DNA of 64,000 nt, taken from contig CALREW010000001.1 of assembly GCA_943356415.1 (NCBI GenBank), positions 149,252 through 213,251 of the forward strand. Reading direction: 5' to 3'. Source of the stretch: Candidatus Nomurabacteria bacterium (GTDB lineage Bacteria; Patescibacteriota; Minisyncoccia; Phycocordibacterales; SBAW01). The translations under genes and the position numbers were made by a program. The first letter of the stretch is position 1; each line of letters opens with the position of its first letter. Below are positions 37,358-48,058 of the stretch, piece by piece. The notes under the pieces are model-generated. The model was not told the origin of the DNA, made no database searches, and was given only the letters and a program-made list of their open reading frames with translations.

Positions 37358-39061
37358 CTAGCGATCTGGAGGAATTTCGTAGTAATTAATCAAGAACTGG
37401 CTCAGTTTATGAAAGGGGTCAGTGAGGGTCTGGGACGCAAAATTGGCTCCTTTCGGCTCCATAGCGAATAGGAAAATAATGAACTTGGGTTGATATGACG
37501 GGAAGTAGCCGAAGAACGTGTGTAAGTAGCGGTCATCGTAATACCCGCCTCCATTTGGGTTAGCGATCTGTGCGGTGCCCGTCTTTGCCGCAACAGACGT
37601 GTGCTCAAGCTTTATAGCGCCATTGGCGAGTGCTTTATCGACAACGACCGTAAGCATGCGGCTTATCTCGTGCGATGTTTCTTTTGAAATGACTCGCTTC
37701 CCTTCTGGATAATCAACGGTGCGCACTGCGCCAGTCTCATGACGTATCGCCTTTACAAGATGTGGAGTTACCAATGTGCCGCCATTTGCCAACACCGCAA
37801 GCGCGCGGATGGTAGAAATAGGTGTAATAGCGACGCCCTGTCCGAATGATGCGGTGTAGTGTTCAACTTTTCTTGGACTATCAAGGTTTGCAACAAGCCC
37901 AGGCAATTCTCCCGGCAAATCAATACCCGTTTCCTCCCCCATACCGTAGTTATGCATGTAATCGCTAAACTTTTGTATACCCATTTTGTCTACGACAAAG
38001 GAAACACCTGTGTTCAATGATTGATTCAATACTTCTTGCATTGGAACCACCCCACGGCCTTTGCCGTCGTAGTTACGTATCGTCTTGCTGTCGATATCGA
38101 TGAAGCCACGGTCGTTATAGGTCGTTGACGCCGTCACTGCTCCCGCGTCGATACCCGCAGCCATCGTGAGCGGCTTAATGATGGAACCCATTTCATAGAC
38201 GTTTTCAATCATCGGGTTTGCGTACCAGGCTGGATTGGCCTTTCCAAACTCATTGAGATCGAACGATGGGTGTACCGCCATCGCAACCACTTCGCCAGTC
38301 ATAGGGTCCATGATGATGCCTCCAAGTTCGCGTGGGCTCCACGTTTCATTCACGCGCGAAAGCTCTCGTTCAAGCGTCGCTTGCACGGTTGGCTCAATGG
38401 TCGTGATGAGGTCTCCTTTTGCATTTTGTTTTGATCCAAGCACCTCACGTGCCGCAGAAAATATTTCTGCAAAGAGATTTACATACAGACCATTTTCGTC
38501 ACGAGAGAGCGCGTCGTTGTAATAACGCTCAAGTCCGTACCGCCCGCGCAGCACATCACCGTCATAGGCAACAAACCCAATTGCTTGTGCAGCGATCGTC
38601 TGCGCAGGGTACGCACGCCATTGTTCATCTTCCAAAATAACGCCAGAAAGTTTCAAGGCCCTCACACTATCGGCCTGCTTTTTGGTGAGTCGATGAACTA
38701 TCTCCTCATACGGATCCCCTGATTTGCTCGCCTTTGCAATAAAGGATTCTTTATCGATCGTTACCACTGCAGAGAGTGCTGCATAGAGCGCTGCAGGGTT
38801 TTCTACTTCAGTTGGCTTGATGGCCAATATATAGCCCGTCGCAAGCGTCGCCGCAGCGATAGGGTCGCCACTGCGGGTTGTGAAGTAAATGCTGCCACGA
38901 TCAAAAATACCTGCTTGGGGCCGTACTGCTTGTCGGTTTGCCCGGGCAGCGTACTCAGACCCATGCACCAATTGTAAAAAATAAAGTTTACCGACGAGCG
39001 CAGCAGCAATAAGTAAGAACGGTACAAGCAACAATCGGATGCGTAGGCGATGCCCCTTCAT
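37358..39061 (-). CDS. ftsI: Penicillin-binding protein (FtsI-like class B transpeptidase)
   Basis: SIIKP (SxxK), SxN, KTGT motifs; dcw context. Confidence 0.85.
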   Translation of the reverse strand: MKGHRLRIRLLLVPFLLIAAALVGKLYFLQLVHGSEYAARANRQAVRPQAGIFDRGSIYFTTRSGDPIAAATLATGYILAIKPTEVENPAALYAALSAVVTIDKESFIAKASKSGDPYEEIVHRLTKKQADSVRALKLSGVILEDEQWRAYPAQTIAAQAIGFVAYDGDVLRGRYGLERYYNDALSRDENGLYVNLFAEIFSAAREVLGSKQNAKGDLITTIEPTVQATLERELSRVNETWSPRELGGIIMDPMTGEVVAMAVHPSFDLNEFGKANPAWYANPMIENVYEMGSIIKPLTMAAGIDAGAVTASTTYNDRGFIDIDSKTIRNYDGKGRGVVPMQEVLNQSLNTGVSFVVDKMGIQKFSDYMHNYGMGEETGIDLPGELPGLVANLDSPRKVEHYTASFGQGVAITPISTIRALAVLANGGTLVTPHLVKAIRHETGAVRTVDYPEGKRVISKETSHEISRMLTVVVDKALANGAIKLEHTSVAAKTGTAQIANPNGGGYYDDRYLHTFFGYFPSYQPKFIIFLFAMEPKGANFASQTLTDPFHKLSQFLINYYEIPPDR

Positions 39062-39088
39062 TACTTCAAAAGAGTAGCACGCGCGCTC

Positions 39089-39409
39089 TTACTGAGTCGC
39101 AGCGGTATTAAGTGAGAACGTACCCACGTTCTGTGGAGTGATAAAACTTACATGCGCTGGCGCATGCAAACCTCTACGTCCCGCTTCTTCAGGAGTTATG
39201 GTGTGTTCTATGACGAAATAACTACGCTCAAGGTCCCCGATAGAGGCGGTGAGCGCCTTGCTCTCACGAGCAGCAGCAGTGCGTTCTGCAGTAGCAAAAA
39301 TGGTTGCGGCAGTAAAACCGATATAGGCAATGATTGAGAGTGCCGCAAGTACGGTAAGCCCTGAAATACAGGTCTTGTAGAGTGAAAGTGAGTGTGCGGT
39401 GTTGCTCAT
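39089..39409 (-). CDS. ftsL: Putative cell division protein FtsL (small single-TM protein)
   Basis: Position between rsmH and ftsI; single TM; no sequence motif. Confidence 0.35.
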   Translation of the reverse strand: MSNTAHSLSLYKTCISGLTVLAALSIIAYIGFTAATIFATAERTAAARESKALTASIGDLERSYFVIEHTITPEEAGRRGLHAPAHVSFITPQNVGTFSLNTAATQ

Positions 39410-40299
39410 GTTGTTTTTTGTAAAGTGCGAAGTTTTGCGCTGCGTGAACGTGGGTTTTTTTGTATCTCCTCGGCGCTCGGTGTTACTGGTTTTTTTGTGA
39501 GTGTCTCGCCTTCACCGAGTTGAACTTTGTCTCGCATGAAGTGCTTTACGACTCGGTCTTCAAGACTATGAAACGAGATGACTGCAATTCGCCCGTTTGG
39601 TGAAAGATGCTCCCATACCGCATTCAGTCCATCTTTAAGAGCGTCGAGTTCATCGTTAACTGCCATGCGCAAGGCCTGAAATACTTTTGTTGCCGGATGA
39701 ATGCGTCCTTTTGCGTAGAGTGCTGGTACGGACACTTTGATAAGTTCTCGCAATTGCGTTGTGGTCGTTATCGCCTCGTGCTCACGGTGTGCAACGATCG
39801 CTCGTGCGATGCGCATGGCATACCGCTCTTCCCCGTACGCACGGAAGATGTCCGTTAACTGCTGTGCATCGAGGTGTGCGAGGAGGTCTGTCGCGGTGAG
39901 TTCTTGCCGTGAGTCAAAGGCCATCGAAAGCGGTTCGTCCTTTTGTAAGGAAAATCCACGACCTGATAACTCCAATTCGTCGGACGAGAGGCCAAGGTCA
40001 AAGAGTGCCTTGTCGATATGCGTGACTTCGAGCTTCGAGAGAACGCTACCAACGGCTCTGAAGTTCGATTGTGCAAGCACTGCCCGCTTTCCATACGAAG
40101 CCAAGCGCTCCGTGACCCGCTCCACCGCTTGAGCGTCAGCATCAAGACCAAGGAGGTGAATATCGGCTTCAGCAAGCATCGCTTCAGCGTGACCGCCACC
40201 ACCAAGTGTTGCGTCGAGCACGACATCTCCATCGTGGAGATCAAGTGCATCTATGGTTTCTTTCAAAAGAACTGGGACATGGACCGTTGGTTTAGGCAT
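39406..40299 (-). CDS. rsmH: 16S rRNA (cytosine1402-N4)-methyltransferase
   Basis: VHVPVLLKE N-terminus and SAM-MTase motifs; after mraZ. Confidence 0.9.
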   Translation of the reverse strand: MPKPTVHVPVLLKETIDALDLHDGDVVLDATLGGGGHAEAMLAEADIHLLGLDADAQAVERVTERLASYGKRAVLAQSNFRAVGSVLSKLEVTHIDKALFDLGLSSDELELSGRGFSLQKDEPLSMAFDSRQELTATDLLAHLDAQQLTDIFRAYGEERYAMRIARAIVAHREHEAITTTTQLRELIKVSVPALYAKGRIHPATKVFQALRMAVNDELDALKDGLNAVWEHLSPNGRIAVISFHSLEDRVVKHFMRDKVQLGEGETLTKKPVTPSAEEIQKNPRSRSAKLRTLQKTT

Positions 40300-40301
40300 C
40301 G

Positions 40302-40808
40302 CTATATCGCGCCTAGATCACCCAACTTTTGCGCAACCTGATCTGCCTGCTTTTCGATGCGGCGTGTTTGTTCTTCCCACGCCTTTTCGCTCCAGACTTC
40401 AACGCGCTCACCGACACCTGCGAGTACGACCTTCCCTTTGAGACCCGCAAAATCTTTTAAGAAATCGGGAACAAGGATGCGTCCTGCGGCATCGACATCG
40501 CTTTCAACCGCGCCGGAGAGGATAAATCGCGACAACGCTCGGCTGTCACTTTGTCCCATCGGAAGCTCCGCGAGCTTCTGGGCAATCTTCCCCCACGCTT
40601 TTTCTGGATACATGAACAGACAGGCATCGAGCCCGCGCGTTACAACCACCTTCTTCCCCATCTCCTTGCGAAATTTCGCCGGAAGCGAAAGACGCTTCTT
40701 GGAGTCGAGCGTGTGGATGTATTCGCCAATAAGCATCGACTTTGTGTGTGATGCAGTGGTTTCCCACTTCATCCCACTAGTAGGTAAGTATATGCCACTC
40801 TGCCCCAC
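40302..40808 (-). CDS. mraZ: Transcriptional regulator MraZ
   Basis: Duplicated DxxxR-like MraZ halves (GEYIHTLDSKKRLSLP). Confidence 0.85.
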   Translation of the reverse strand: MGQSGIYLPTSGMKWETTASHTKSMLIGEYIHTLDSKKRLSLPAKFRKEMGKKVVVTRGLDACLFMYPEKAWGKIAQKLAELPMGQSDSRALSRFILSGAVESDVDAAGRILVPDFLKDFAGLKGKVVLAGVGERVEVWSEKAWEEQTRRIEKQADQVAQKLGDLGAI

Positions 40809-40907
40809 TCTACGGGTTGGTTATCCACAAAATAAGGACACAGAAGTAGCCAAAAGAAAGACCGGGCTTTGTGGCCCGGCTTCTCTCAGGATTCCTCTGT
40901 TAGTGGC

Positions 40908-41456
40908 TTATACCTTTACGCTTGGGTGCGATTCGGCCGAAAGGGCGTGCCGTTGGCACTCCAAAATGCGGTCTTTCGCGTGCTGCGGGTAGGCCGCGTA
41001 GCGTATGACGATATCAGGGTCTTCTGCCCCTGCCGTATGGAGAATAAGGGTGCCGAATCCAAAGAGCGTCTGGAAGAGACCGTCGACGTCAACGGTCATA
41101 TCTTGGATTTTCTCGAGCATAAGAGTCGTCACTTTGCGCTGAAAGAGTGCGCGCTGGTCAATGTCAATAATACGTCGGTTCGTAACAATCCAAGTGTCCA
41201 AGTAATAGGTGGTCCAAGAAATAAACGCGAGATTCCACGTCATAAGAACCCAGAGCATGTACAGAAAGACCAAAAAAGTTGAAGAAGCTCCGATCTGCGA
41301 AAGTGACTCAAACGCGGTTGCCGGTATAAAGAGTGCTGCAAGGAGCGGAAAAAGAGCGACAACAGAAAGAATGAACACTTGGATAGCGAACATGAACCAG
41401 TGCTTCCGTATCACGGTCACTACTTCTTCGTTTGGATCGAGTCGGTCTGAAATCAT
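40908..41456 (-). CDS. Membrane protein with bacterial PH (YdbS/bPH_2-like) domain
   Basis: Two TM helices flanking a PH-like region. Confidence 0.4.
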   Translation of the reverse strand: MISDRLDPNEEVVTVIRKHWFMFAIQVFILSVVALFPLLAALFIPATAFESLSQIGASSTFLVFLYMLWVLMTWNLAFISWTTYYLDTWIVTNRRIIDIDQRALFQRKVTTLMLEKIQDMTVDVDGLFQTLFGFGTLILHTAGAEDPDIVIRYAAYPQHAKDRILECQRHALSAESHPSVKV

Positions 41457-41459
41457 AGG

Positions 41460-41666
41460 TTACAACTGCGCAAAGACGCCAAGGGCTGATATCAGAAGCA
41501 CCGCCGTTCCAATCGCATAGGAAACCATAACGATGAACGTACCGATGATGCCGACACCATAACGTACCCAGTGATAATAGAGCGCAAGCGCGAGCAAAAG
41601 CGTTCCGCCAGCAGCAAATGCAAGGAGCACAAACGCAACTGTTCCAGACGATACAACCATTACCAA
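41460..41666 (-). CDS. Hypothetical small membrane protein (68 aa)
   Basis: Two TM helices; tight spacing with neighbouring gene. Confidence 0.3.
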   Translation of the reverse strand: MVMVVSSGTVAFVLLAFAAGGTLLLALALYYHWVRYGVGIIGTFIVMVSYAIGTAVLLISALGVFAQL

Positions 41667-41681
41667 ATAGTATAGCGCGCC

Positions 41682-43277
41682 TTAGAGCGTTGCTGCTGCG
41701 CGCAAACGAACCAAAGTGGATTCACGTGGAAGGGTGTACAGAAGCCACCCAGCCTTTGGACCTTGAGATTTGCCAAAGAAAATAAGATAGATAGCAGCAA
41801 AGAGTTCTGCTGGTGCAATCGTAAGTTCATCTTTGAGGCTGTGTATCTGCGTATGAAGCTCTTCTGGCGACGTCGCCTTCTCAAGTAATTCTGCGACACG
41901 CCCAAGTGCCGCCTTTTGCACGGCGGTAAGCGTCGAAGCAGATTCTGGCATTGTGTCGTGAAGCGCAAAGCGATATTTCTCTGGCGCTTGGCCTTTGAGC
42001 CAGCCCTTAGCGTACGCGGCGCGCTCATCAAGCTCGGCACGATCGAGATCAGTCAGTGCACTTCCCTTTAGTTCAGCGGCTGCGCTATAGAGATCGACGT
42101 GTGGCATCTGCACGGTAAAGGCAAGCTGTGAGAACCGCATCAAGAACGGCACTTCAATTTTCTGTTTTGAATCCCCGCGGTCATCAGTCTCAATGAGAGT
42201 GAAGAGGCGTGAGTAGTCATCATCATTTCCTGCCTTGTATCCTTCAGCCAACTTGTCATAGAGATCGTAGAGCACAGGGATGGTCTCGCCCGCCGGATCG
42301 AAGTTAAACGCCTGATTGATTTCTTTGCCAAGGAGTGCCAGACGAAATATTTTGGGCGGCACCAAGCTTGCAACGTCGCGCGCCGAAGAGCCGCGACCTT
42401 TCGATGACGCCATTTTCTGTCCACCGACAAGGAAGAATTCGTACGGCACATCGAACGGCGGTTCTATATTGAATACGTCTCGCGCAATGGCGTTGGCCAC
42501 GTCGCGGGCGCCACCTTTCGTGGAGTGGTCTTTACCCGCACCTTCAACATCAACGCCAAGTACGTACCATTTTGCGGCCCATTCAGGTTTCCATGGCAGC
42601 TTTGCGCGACCGCCGAACGGTGATACGCGACCAGAGTGACCACACCCCACCCCGCCCCAAGGCAGCTCGTGCGGTACGCACCTATACGCGACCGTCTCGC
42701 CATCAAAGTCGGAAGATTGCGTCATGGATACCTTGGCGCAGTTCTCACATATAACCGATATAGGGAGCCATTCTGACACCCGCTGAGACCCCGAAACTTC
42801 TTTGTATATCTCTCGGATACGATCTGCATTTGTTATGACCAGACGCATTGCTTCATCCATTTTGCCCGAGAGGTAAAGGTCTTTCGAATAGTAGAACGTC
42901 GGATGATATCCACTATCGCTGATGACCTTCATGAACTCGCCGCCATAGAAATCGGCATAATTTGGAGCCGAAGAGTCTGGTGATGGGATCTTGTAAAGTT
43001 GTCCACCAAGGAGCGGTTTATATTGATCCGCTGGCAAGTAATTTGGCAGACCGTCAAATGGATCAAAATCGTTTATCTCGTACTTAAATTCGTTCAGAAC
43101 GCCGCGTTCACGAAGCACGCGAGCTAAAAGGCCGTGGATAGCGACGCCACGCATCGAACCGACATGCACCCGGCCTGAGGCCGTCTTTTCATCGCGTATT
43201 AAAAGGGGCTCGCCTTTCTTGATGCGGTCCTTGAAACGCTCTTCTATTTCAGCTGCAATGCGGTCTGCCCAAAACAT
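41682..43277 (-). CDS. lysS: Lysyl-tRNA synthetase, class I (archaeal type)
   Basis: HVGS (HIGH-like) and KMASSKG (KMSKS-like) motifs, about 530 aa. Confidence 0.8.
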   Translation of the reverse strand: MFWADRIAAEIEERFKDRIKKGEPLLIRDEKTASGRVHVGSMRGVAIHGLLARVLRERGVLNEFKYEINDFDPFDGLPNYLPADQYKPLLGGQLYKIPSPDSSAPNYADFYGGEFMKVISDSGYHPTFYYSKDLYLSGKMDEAMRLVITNADRIREIYKEVSGSQRVSEWLPISVICENCAKVSMTQSSDFDGETVAYRCVPHELPWGGVGCGHSGRVSPFGGRAKLPWKPEWAAKWYVLGVDVEGAGKDHSTKGGARDVANAIARDVFNIEPPFDVPYEFFLVGGQKMASSKGRGSSARDVASLVPPKIFRLALLGKEINQAFNFDPAGETIPVLYDLYDKLAEGYKAGNDDDYSRLFTLIETDDRGDSKQKIEVPFLMRFSQLAFTVQMPHVDLYSAAAELKGSALTDLDRAELDERAAYAKGWLKGQAPEKYRFALHDTMPESASTLTAVQKAALGRVAELLEKATSPEELHTQIHSLKDELTIAPAELFAAIYLIFFGKSQGPKAGWLLYTLPRESTLVRLRAAATL

Positions 43278-43322
43278 CGCTCCAGTCTACAAGTAAAAGC
43301 GTTTACGCCAAATAGTGACTGC

Positions 43323-44438
43323 CTACCGTACCGAGGTATACCCGCCAGGAACTCCTCGTTTTGAGAGTACGATCTGCCAGAGTTGCAGGTTGCGCGAACG
43401 GAAAAAACCTGCAAAGAGAAGAAGGTAATAGACCCACATGCGTTTGAAGCGGTCGTCGTACTTTCCCTTAAGTTTGTCCCAATTGTTGATGAAGTTCGAA
43501 TGCCATGCCATCAGTGTCTTGTCGTAGTCAGCACCGAAGTTGTGCCAGTCTTCCATAACAAAACGCCTCTCAAGGTGCCGACCTATCTGTGTGATGGAAG
43601 GCAACATGCTATTGGGGAAAATATATTTATTCACCCAGGAGTCTCCCGTCTGTTCTGACTCATTACCCCCTATGGTGTGCAAGAGAAAGAAACCGCCGTC
43701 TTTAAGAAGCGAGTGGGCCTTTTTGATATAGGTGCCATAGTTCTTATGACCAACGTGCTCCATCATGCCTAACGAGACGATGTGATCGAACTCACCCACC
43801 GTATCGCGATAGTCCTCAAGTCGAATTTCAACAGGAAGTCCTGCACAATTCTCGCGTGCAAGTGCCGCTTGTTCTTTGGAGACGGTGACACCCACAACAT
43901 GTGCGCCATATTTCTCTGCAGCAAATTTTGCAAAGCTTCCCCACCCACAACCAATATCAAGGACGGTATCGCCAGGTTTAAGGCCCAATTTTCGGCACAC
44001 TAAGTCGAGTTTTGCTTCCTGTGCTTCATCAAGATTTTTTGCGTCCTTCCAGTAGGCGCAGGTATAAACCATGCGCTTGTCTAGCATCGCGACGTATAGA
44101 TCGTTGCCAAGATCGTAGTGCTCCTCCCCGATAATGAACGCGCGACGCTTACTTTGAGGATTCACAATCCCTTCCAACACTCGTCGCACAACTCTGCCAG
44201 CGCCAGGCGCCGTTTTCGCCAACCCACCTTTCGCAACATGGTAAAAAAATTGATCAAGGGCTGGGCAATCCCACCAACCGTCCATATAGGACTCACCAAG
44301 GGCAAGCGAGCCACCAAAAGCAATGCGTCGATAAATCCGTTCATCGTGGATGGTCATATCCCACGGCCTACCACCATCCACTTTGATATCTGCGCTTTTG
44401 AGGAACCGCTGCGCTCCTTCCTTCGTAAAAAATGCCAT
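43323..44438 (-). CDS. cfa: Cyclopropane-fatty-acyl-phospholipid synthase family SAM methyltransferase
   Basis: VLDIGCGWG SAM motif and CFA-synthase-like length. Confidence 0.8.
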   Translation of the reverse strand: MAFFTKEGAQRFLKSADIKVDGGRPWDMTIHDERIYRRIAFGGSLALGESYMDGWWDCPALDQFFYHVAKGGLAKTAPGAGRVVRRVLEGIVNPQSKRRAFIIGEEHYDLGNDLYVAMLDKRMVYTCAYWKDAKNLDEAQEAKLDLVCRKLGLKPGDTVLDIGCGWGSFAKFAAEKYGAHVVGVTVSKEQAALARENCAGLPVEIRLEDYRDTVGEFDHIVSLGMMEHVGHKNYGTYIKKAHSLLKDGGFFLLHTIGGNESEQTGDSWVNKYIFPNSMLPSITQIGRHLERRFVMEDWHNFGADYDKTLMAWHSNFINNWDKLKGKYDDRFKRMWVYYLLLFAGFFRSRNLQLWQIVLSKRGVPGGYTSVR

Positions 44439-44627
44439 ATCGAAACGTTACGAAATAAGTATTAAATAGTCAAAACGAAAAAACCACCTGAGACGACCTC
44501 ACGTAAGACCTCAGAAACTGGATGCAGAGCAAGAAGACAAGGAGCGATGCCCGCGAGCAATAGTAAACCTATTGTGAGCGGGCTCGCGACGCAGGCGCCA
44601 AAGCTATGCGCCAATTTCTGAGGTCGA

Positions 44628-45092
44628 CTATTCGACCTTGAGTATCTTATATTTCTGCGTCCCTTTAGGAGTGGAGAATGCAAACTGCTCACCTTTCTTT
44701 TTGCCCATCAATGCACCGCCAAGTGGCGAGTGGTAGGAAATCTTTCCTTCGAGCATGTTTGCCTCCTCCGCACCAACAACCGTATAGGTGTGTTTATGGC
44801 CTTCGCCACTTTGATTTTCGACAGTAACAACCGAACCCATGCCAATACCTTCGCTCTTAGCGATTTTTGCTATCTTCGCGGTCTTAAGTACTCCTTCGAG
44901 TTTGCTTATGCGCTCTTCAACGGCAGCTTGCATTTCACGAGCTTCTTGATACTCAGCATTTTCAGAGAGGTCTCCGAGTGAGCGTGCGTACTCAAGCTGT
45001 TCTGCGATCTCTTTGCGACGACGAGTTTTAAGGTCGTCAAGCTCTTTTGTCAGCTCTTCAAATTTTTCTTGTGAGAGTAGTTCGTTTGGCAT
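44628..45092 (-). CDS. greA: Transcription elongation factor GreA
   Basis: N-terminal coiled coil and C-terminal FKBP-like domain. Confidence 0.9.
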   Translation of the reverse strand: MPNELLSQEKFEELTKELDDLKTRRRKEIAEQLEYARSLGDLSENAEYQEAREMQAAVEERISKLEGVLKTAKIAKIAKSEGIGMGSVVTVENQSGEGHKHTYTVVGAEEANMLEGKISYHSPLGGALMGKKKGEQFAFSTPKGTQKYKILKVE

Positions 45093-45173
45093 AAAGAGTG
45101 TAATAGAGCCTTGAAAAATGGAGTTTTTATGTCAGAGGTAGTGTACCTGAAATAACCCTCTCGTCAAGATGGC

Positions 45174-46877
45174 TCAGTCATCCTTTCCTTCCAACATCTC
45201 TTGGCGGTTACCATGCATCCATTCAAATGCACTAAGCATAACGCCCGGCGCACCGTAGAGATTTTTGTACGGTCCATGCTCAAGTAAAAGAACAAACGCA
45301 TACCGCGGATGTTCATAGGGGAAAAATCCGGTAACCCACGAATTAACATACGATTTACTCGAATCAAGTTCTGCGGTACCTGTCTTCGCAGCAATATGCA
45401 CGTAACCGAGGTTTAATGCCTTCGCGGTGCCTATCTGCGCACCCATGCGCATACCTTCAAAAAGTATTTGGTACTCCTCATACGTCATTGGCAGTGTCCC
45501 TTCTTTGCGTTCGCCGCGTGCACCCTGGATGATGGTTGGTGTTATAAGCGTGCCACGCGTGGCGATGGCCGAAACGGCGCGCAACGCCTGCAGTGGCGTG
45601 ACTTGAAAACCGTATTGACCAATAGATGTGTTGTACGTGTCGCCAAGACGCCACGGGTCGTCAGGAAACAGTTTTGCTTTCCACGCCTTACTTGGCACCG
45701 TGCCGTCTTCTTCTGGAAAATAGTCGATGCCGGTCTTTGAACCAAACCCAAAAGACCTGGCGTACTTTTCAAGCTTCTCTATTCCCAAACCCGCTTGATC
45801 ACCGAACCCGCCGCCTATGGTAAAGAAGTACACATTCGAAGAGACGGCGATGGCTTGGCGCATATCAACCCAGCCATGCGCTTTCCAATCTTTAAAGACG
45901 CTTGGCTTATCCGGGTTATATGGGTTTGGAACCGTGAGTGCACCCGTTGAAAGTATCGACTTCGTTGGACTAATAAGATTTTCGTTTAAGGCACCGAGTG
46001 CAAAGTAAGGCTTCATGATCGAACCTGGCGTAAAAGCGCCGAGTATCGCGCGGTTAAGAAACGGCTGACGCGTATCTTTTAAATACCCACGTATTGCTGC
46101 TTGATCACTTCTATCCGTCATAATCTGAGGGCTATACGACGGATAGCTCGTAAGTGCGAGTAATTCCCCCGTCGTAAGATCCATCACCGCGGCCGCGCCT
46201 CCACGAAAACCCGATTCTTCGATACGCGCTGCAAGGGCGTTATAGATAACCTGATTCAACTCTGCGTCAACGGAAAGCGCGATGGTCTCGCCATGTTTTG
46301 GCGCTGCAATAGTACTTTCTGAAGTTACCCTGCCTTTGGCATCAGTTTCCTGAATTTTCAAACCGTTTACCCCGCGCAGACGTTCATCAAGTGCTTTTTC
46401 TAATCCTTCGGCGCCAACGTACGTATCTTGGTAGTAAATGCCGGAAGAATCTTTTGCTGGTGCTTTTGCGTACCCAATGACGTGCGAGAGTCCCGTATAC
46501 GACGAATACACGCGCGAGGGGTAGTCACTGCCCTCTTTGTGTGAGTCGTGCACGAGGTCAACGCCACGCCGGTCAACAATGGTGCCGCGGTCAGCAAACA
46601 CATATTCGTGTGAAAGACGGTTGTTTTCAGAAAGCGCCGCATACGCAGTGCCTTCAAATATCTGTAAGTACGACGCTCTTCCGGCAAACGTAAGGACGAC
46701 GAGTGCAAAAACACCAAGAAGCACGGACGCAGTTCGTCGGCGAATCGGTTGCTCGATGCGTCCTTCAAACTGGTCGGTATCAAACGAAGGCAAATTGCTC
46801 GAGTCGATAAATATTTCGTCGGGAGCTATCTCCTCACTCTTTCGCTTTAACCCACGCAACAACTTTCTAAGCGGCAT
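45174..46877 (-). CDS. mrdA: Penicillin-binding protein 2 (elongasome class B transpeptidase)
   Basis: SIMKP, SSN, KTGTAE motifs; downstream of mreBCD. Confidence 0.85.
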   Translation of the reverse strand: MPLRKLLRGLKRKSEEIAPDEIFIDSSNLPSFDTDQFEGRIEQPIRRRTASVLLGVFALVVLTFAGRASYLQIFEGTAYAALSENNRLSHEYVFADRGTIVDRRGVDLVHDSHKEGSDYPSRVYSSYTGLSHVIGYAKAPAKDSSGIYYQDTYVGAEGLEKALDERLRGVNGLKIQETDAKGRVTSESTIAAPKHGETIALSVDAELNQVIYNALAARIEESGFRGGAAAVMDLTTGELLALTSYPSYSPQIMTDRSDQAAIRGYLKDTRQPFLNRAILGAFTPGSIMKPYFALGALNENLISPTKSILSTGALTVPNPYNPDKPSVFKDWKAHGWVDMRQAIAVSSNVYFFTIGGGFGDQAGLGIEKLEKYARSFGFGSKTGIDYFPEEDGTVPSKAWKAKLFPDDPWRLGDTYNTSIGQYGFQVTPLQALRAVSAIATRGTLITPTIIQGARGERKEGTLPMTYEEYQILFEGMRMGAQIGTAKALNLGYVHIAAKTGTAELDSSKSYVNSWVTGFFPYEHPRYAFVLLLEHGPYKNLYGAPGVMLSAFEWMHGNRQEMLEGKDD

Positions 46878-47013
46878 TAGGCGCAGTATACCCCATGAGA
46901 TATTCCACCCAGTATCTTGCCGAAATACTATGCCTGCATGTCAAGATGAAGCCTATAGATTGATGCGTTTCCCTTATCTCACGAAGTATAGCGAAGCACG
47001 AAAATCAAACCCA

Positions 47014-47268
47014 CTAGCGCAAATATTTCTCAAGTGCGATTGCACTGAGACCTAGTACTAGGGCTGCAACCGTAAACGGATACGCAACGTATGACGGCAG
47101 CCACGTAGGGGCGCCAAAAATAATATCGAGACAAAATCCAAGCGCTAGCCCGAGTGTTGGCACCACTGCAGAGAGTCCAATAAGTGCAATGAGTCCAGCA
47201 ATCCAGCTTGGGATGATGAGTCCTAAAATACCGAGAACGCCGAAAGCAACAAGTAATTTATTCTGCAT
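47014..47268 (-). CDS. mreD: Putative rod shape-determining protein MreD (short)
   Basis: Small multi-TM protein between mreC and mrdA. Confidence 0.35.
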   Translation of the reverse strand: MQNKLLVAFGVLGILGLIIPSWIAGLIALIGLSAVVPTLGLALGFCLDIIFGAPTWLPSYVAYPFTVAALVLGLSAIALEKYLR

Positions 47269-48058
47269 ACGCGCTTCTCCACACTTCAGCAAAGCGAAGT
47301 GAAAAAGGATTGGCCGCAAGGTGCATATATATTTCTGCCGCAGAATCTCCCCTCCCGGCTTCGATACTCTCTACGACAAACGACAAATTGGGTTCAATGC
47401 CCGGCAGCGTCACCAAGTCGCCCGCTGCCGCTTCCGCATCATGCGGGACTGATGCTTTGAGAGAACCTCCGCCGATACCTTCGGCGCGAATAGGAATACT
47501 GCCGCGCAAAAATGCATCGTATGAAGTATTGGGAGCAGAGTAGAGTTTTATGCGCGCAGTGGTGGCGTAGACCGCCTCGACGGTGCCAATAAGGAATGCC
47601 CCGCTTGCCGCAACGCGGTCCCCAACCTTCACTTGTTTATCTTCCCCGGCGTCAATGATGAGCGTGTCATAAGGACTCTCAGGTGGGCGCACCAGGACTG
47701 CCGCAAGGAGTGCATTTGGCTGTGCGGAACGACCCATCGATTCTTTGAGCGTGAGATTCTCTTCGTACAAGAGATTGCGATCAAGTACCGCGAGCTTTGA
47801 GGCAGCGAGTTGCTCTTTAAGCGAATCTCGTTCACGCAAAAGTGCATTCATCCCTCGAAAATACTCGGGCACTCGACCAAGTCCAGTACTGCTTATGTCG
47901 CTCGCACGCCACAGAGCCGAGAGACCTCCTCCTACCACTCGTTCAAGTGCTGGACGAAAGAAGAAACCAGCAATAAGGAGGGCAATAAAAAAACCGACCG
48001 CAACGAGTGCTCGGCGCAGCCCAGGACCTCGCTTTCTATTACGATAGATCGTCGTCAT
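47258..48058 (-). CDS. mreC: Rod shape-determining protein MreC
   Basis: N-terminal TM, coiled coil, beta-rich C-terminus; follows mreB. Confidence 0.75.
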   Translation of the reverse strand: MTTIYRNRKRGPGLRRALVAVGFFIALLIAGFFFRPALERVVGGGLSALWRASDISSTGLGRVPEYFRGMNALLRERDSLKEQLAASKLAVLDRNLLYEENLTLKESMGRSAQPNALLAAVLVRPPESPYDTLIIDAGEDKQVKVGDRVAASGAFLIGTVEAVYATTARIKLYSAPNTSYDAFLRGSIPIRAEGIGGGSLKASVPHDAEAAAGDLVTLPGIEPNLSFVVESIEAGRGDSAAEIYMHLAANPFSLRFAEVWRSAYAE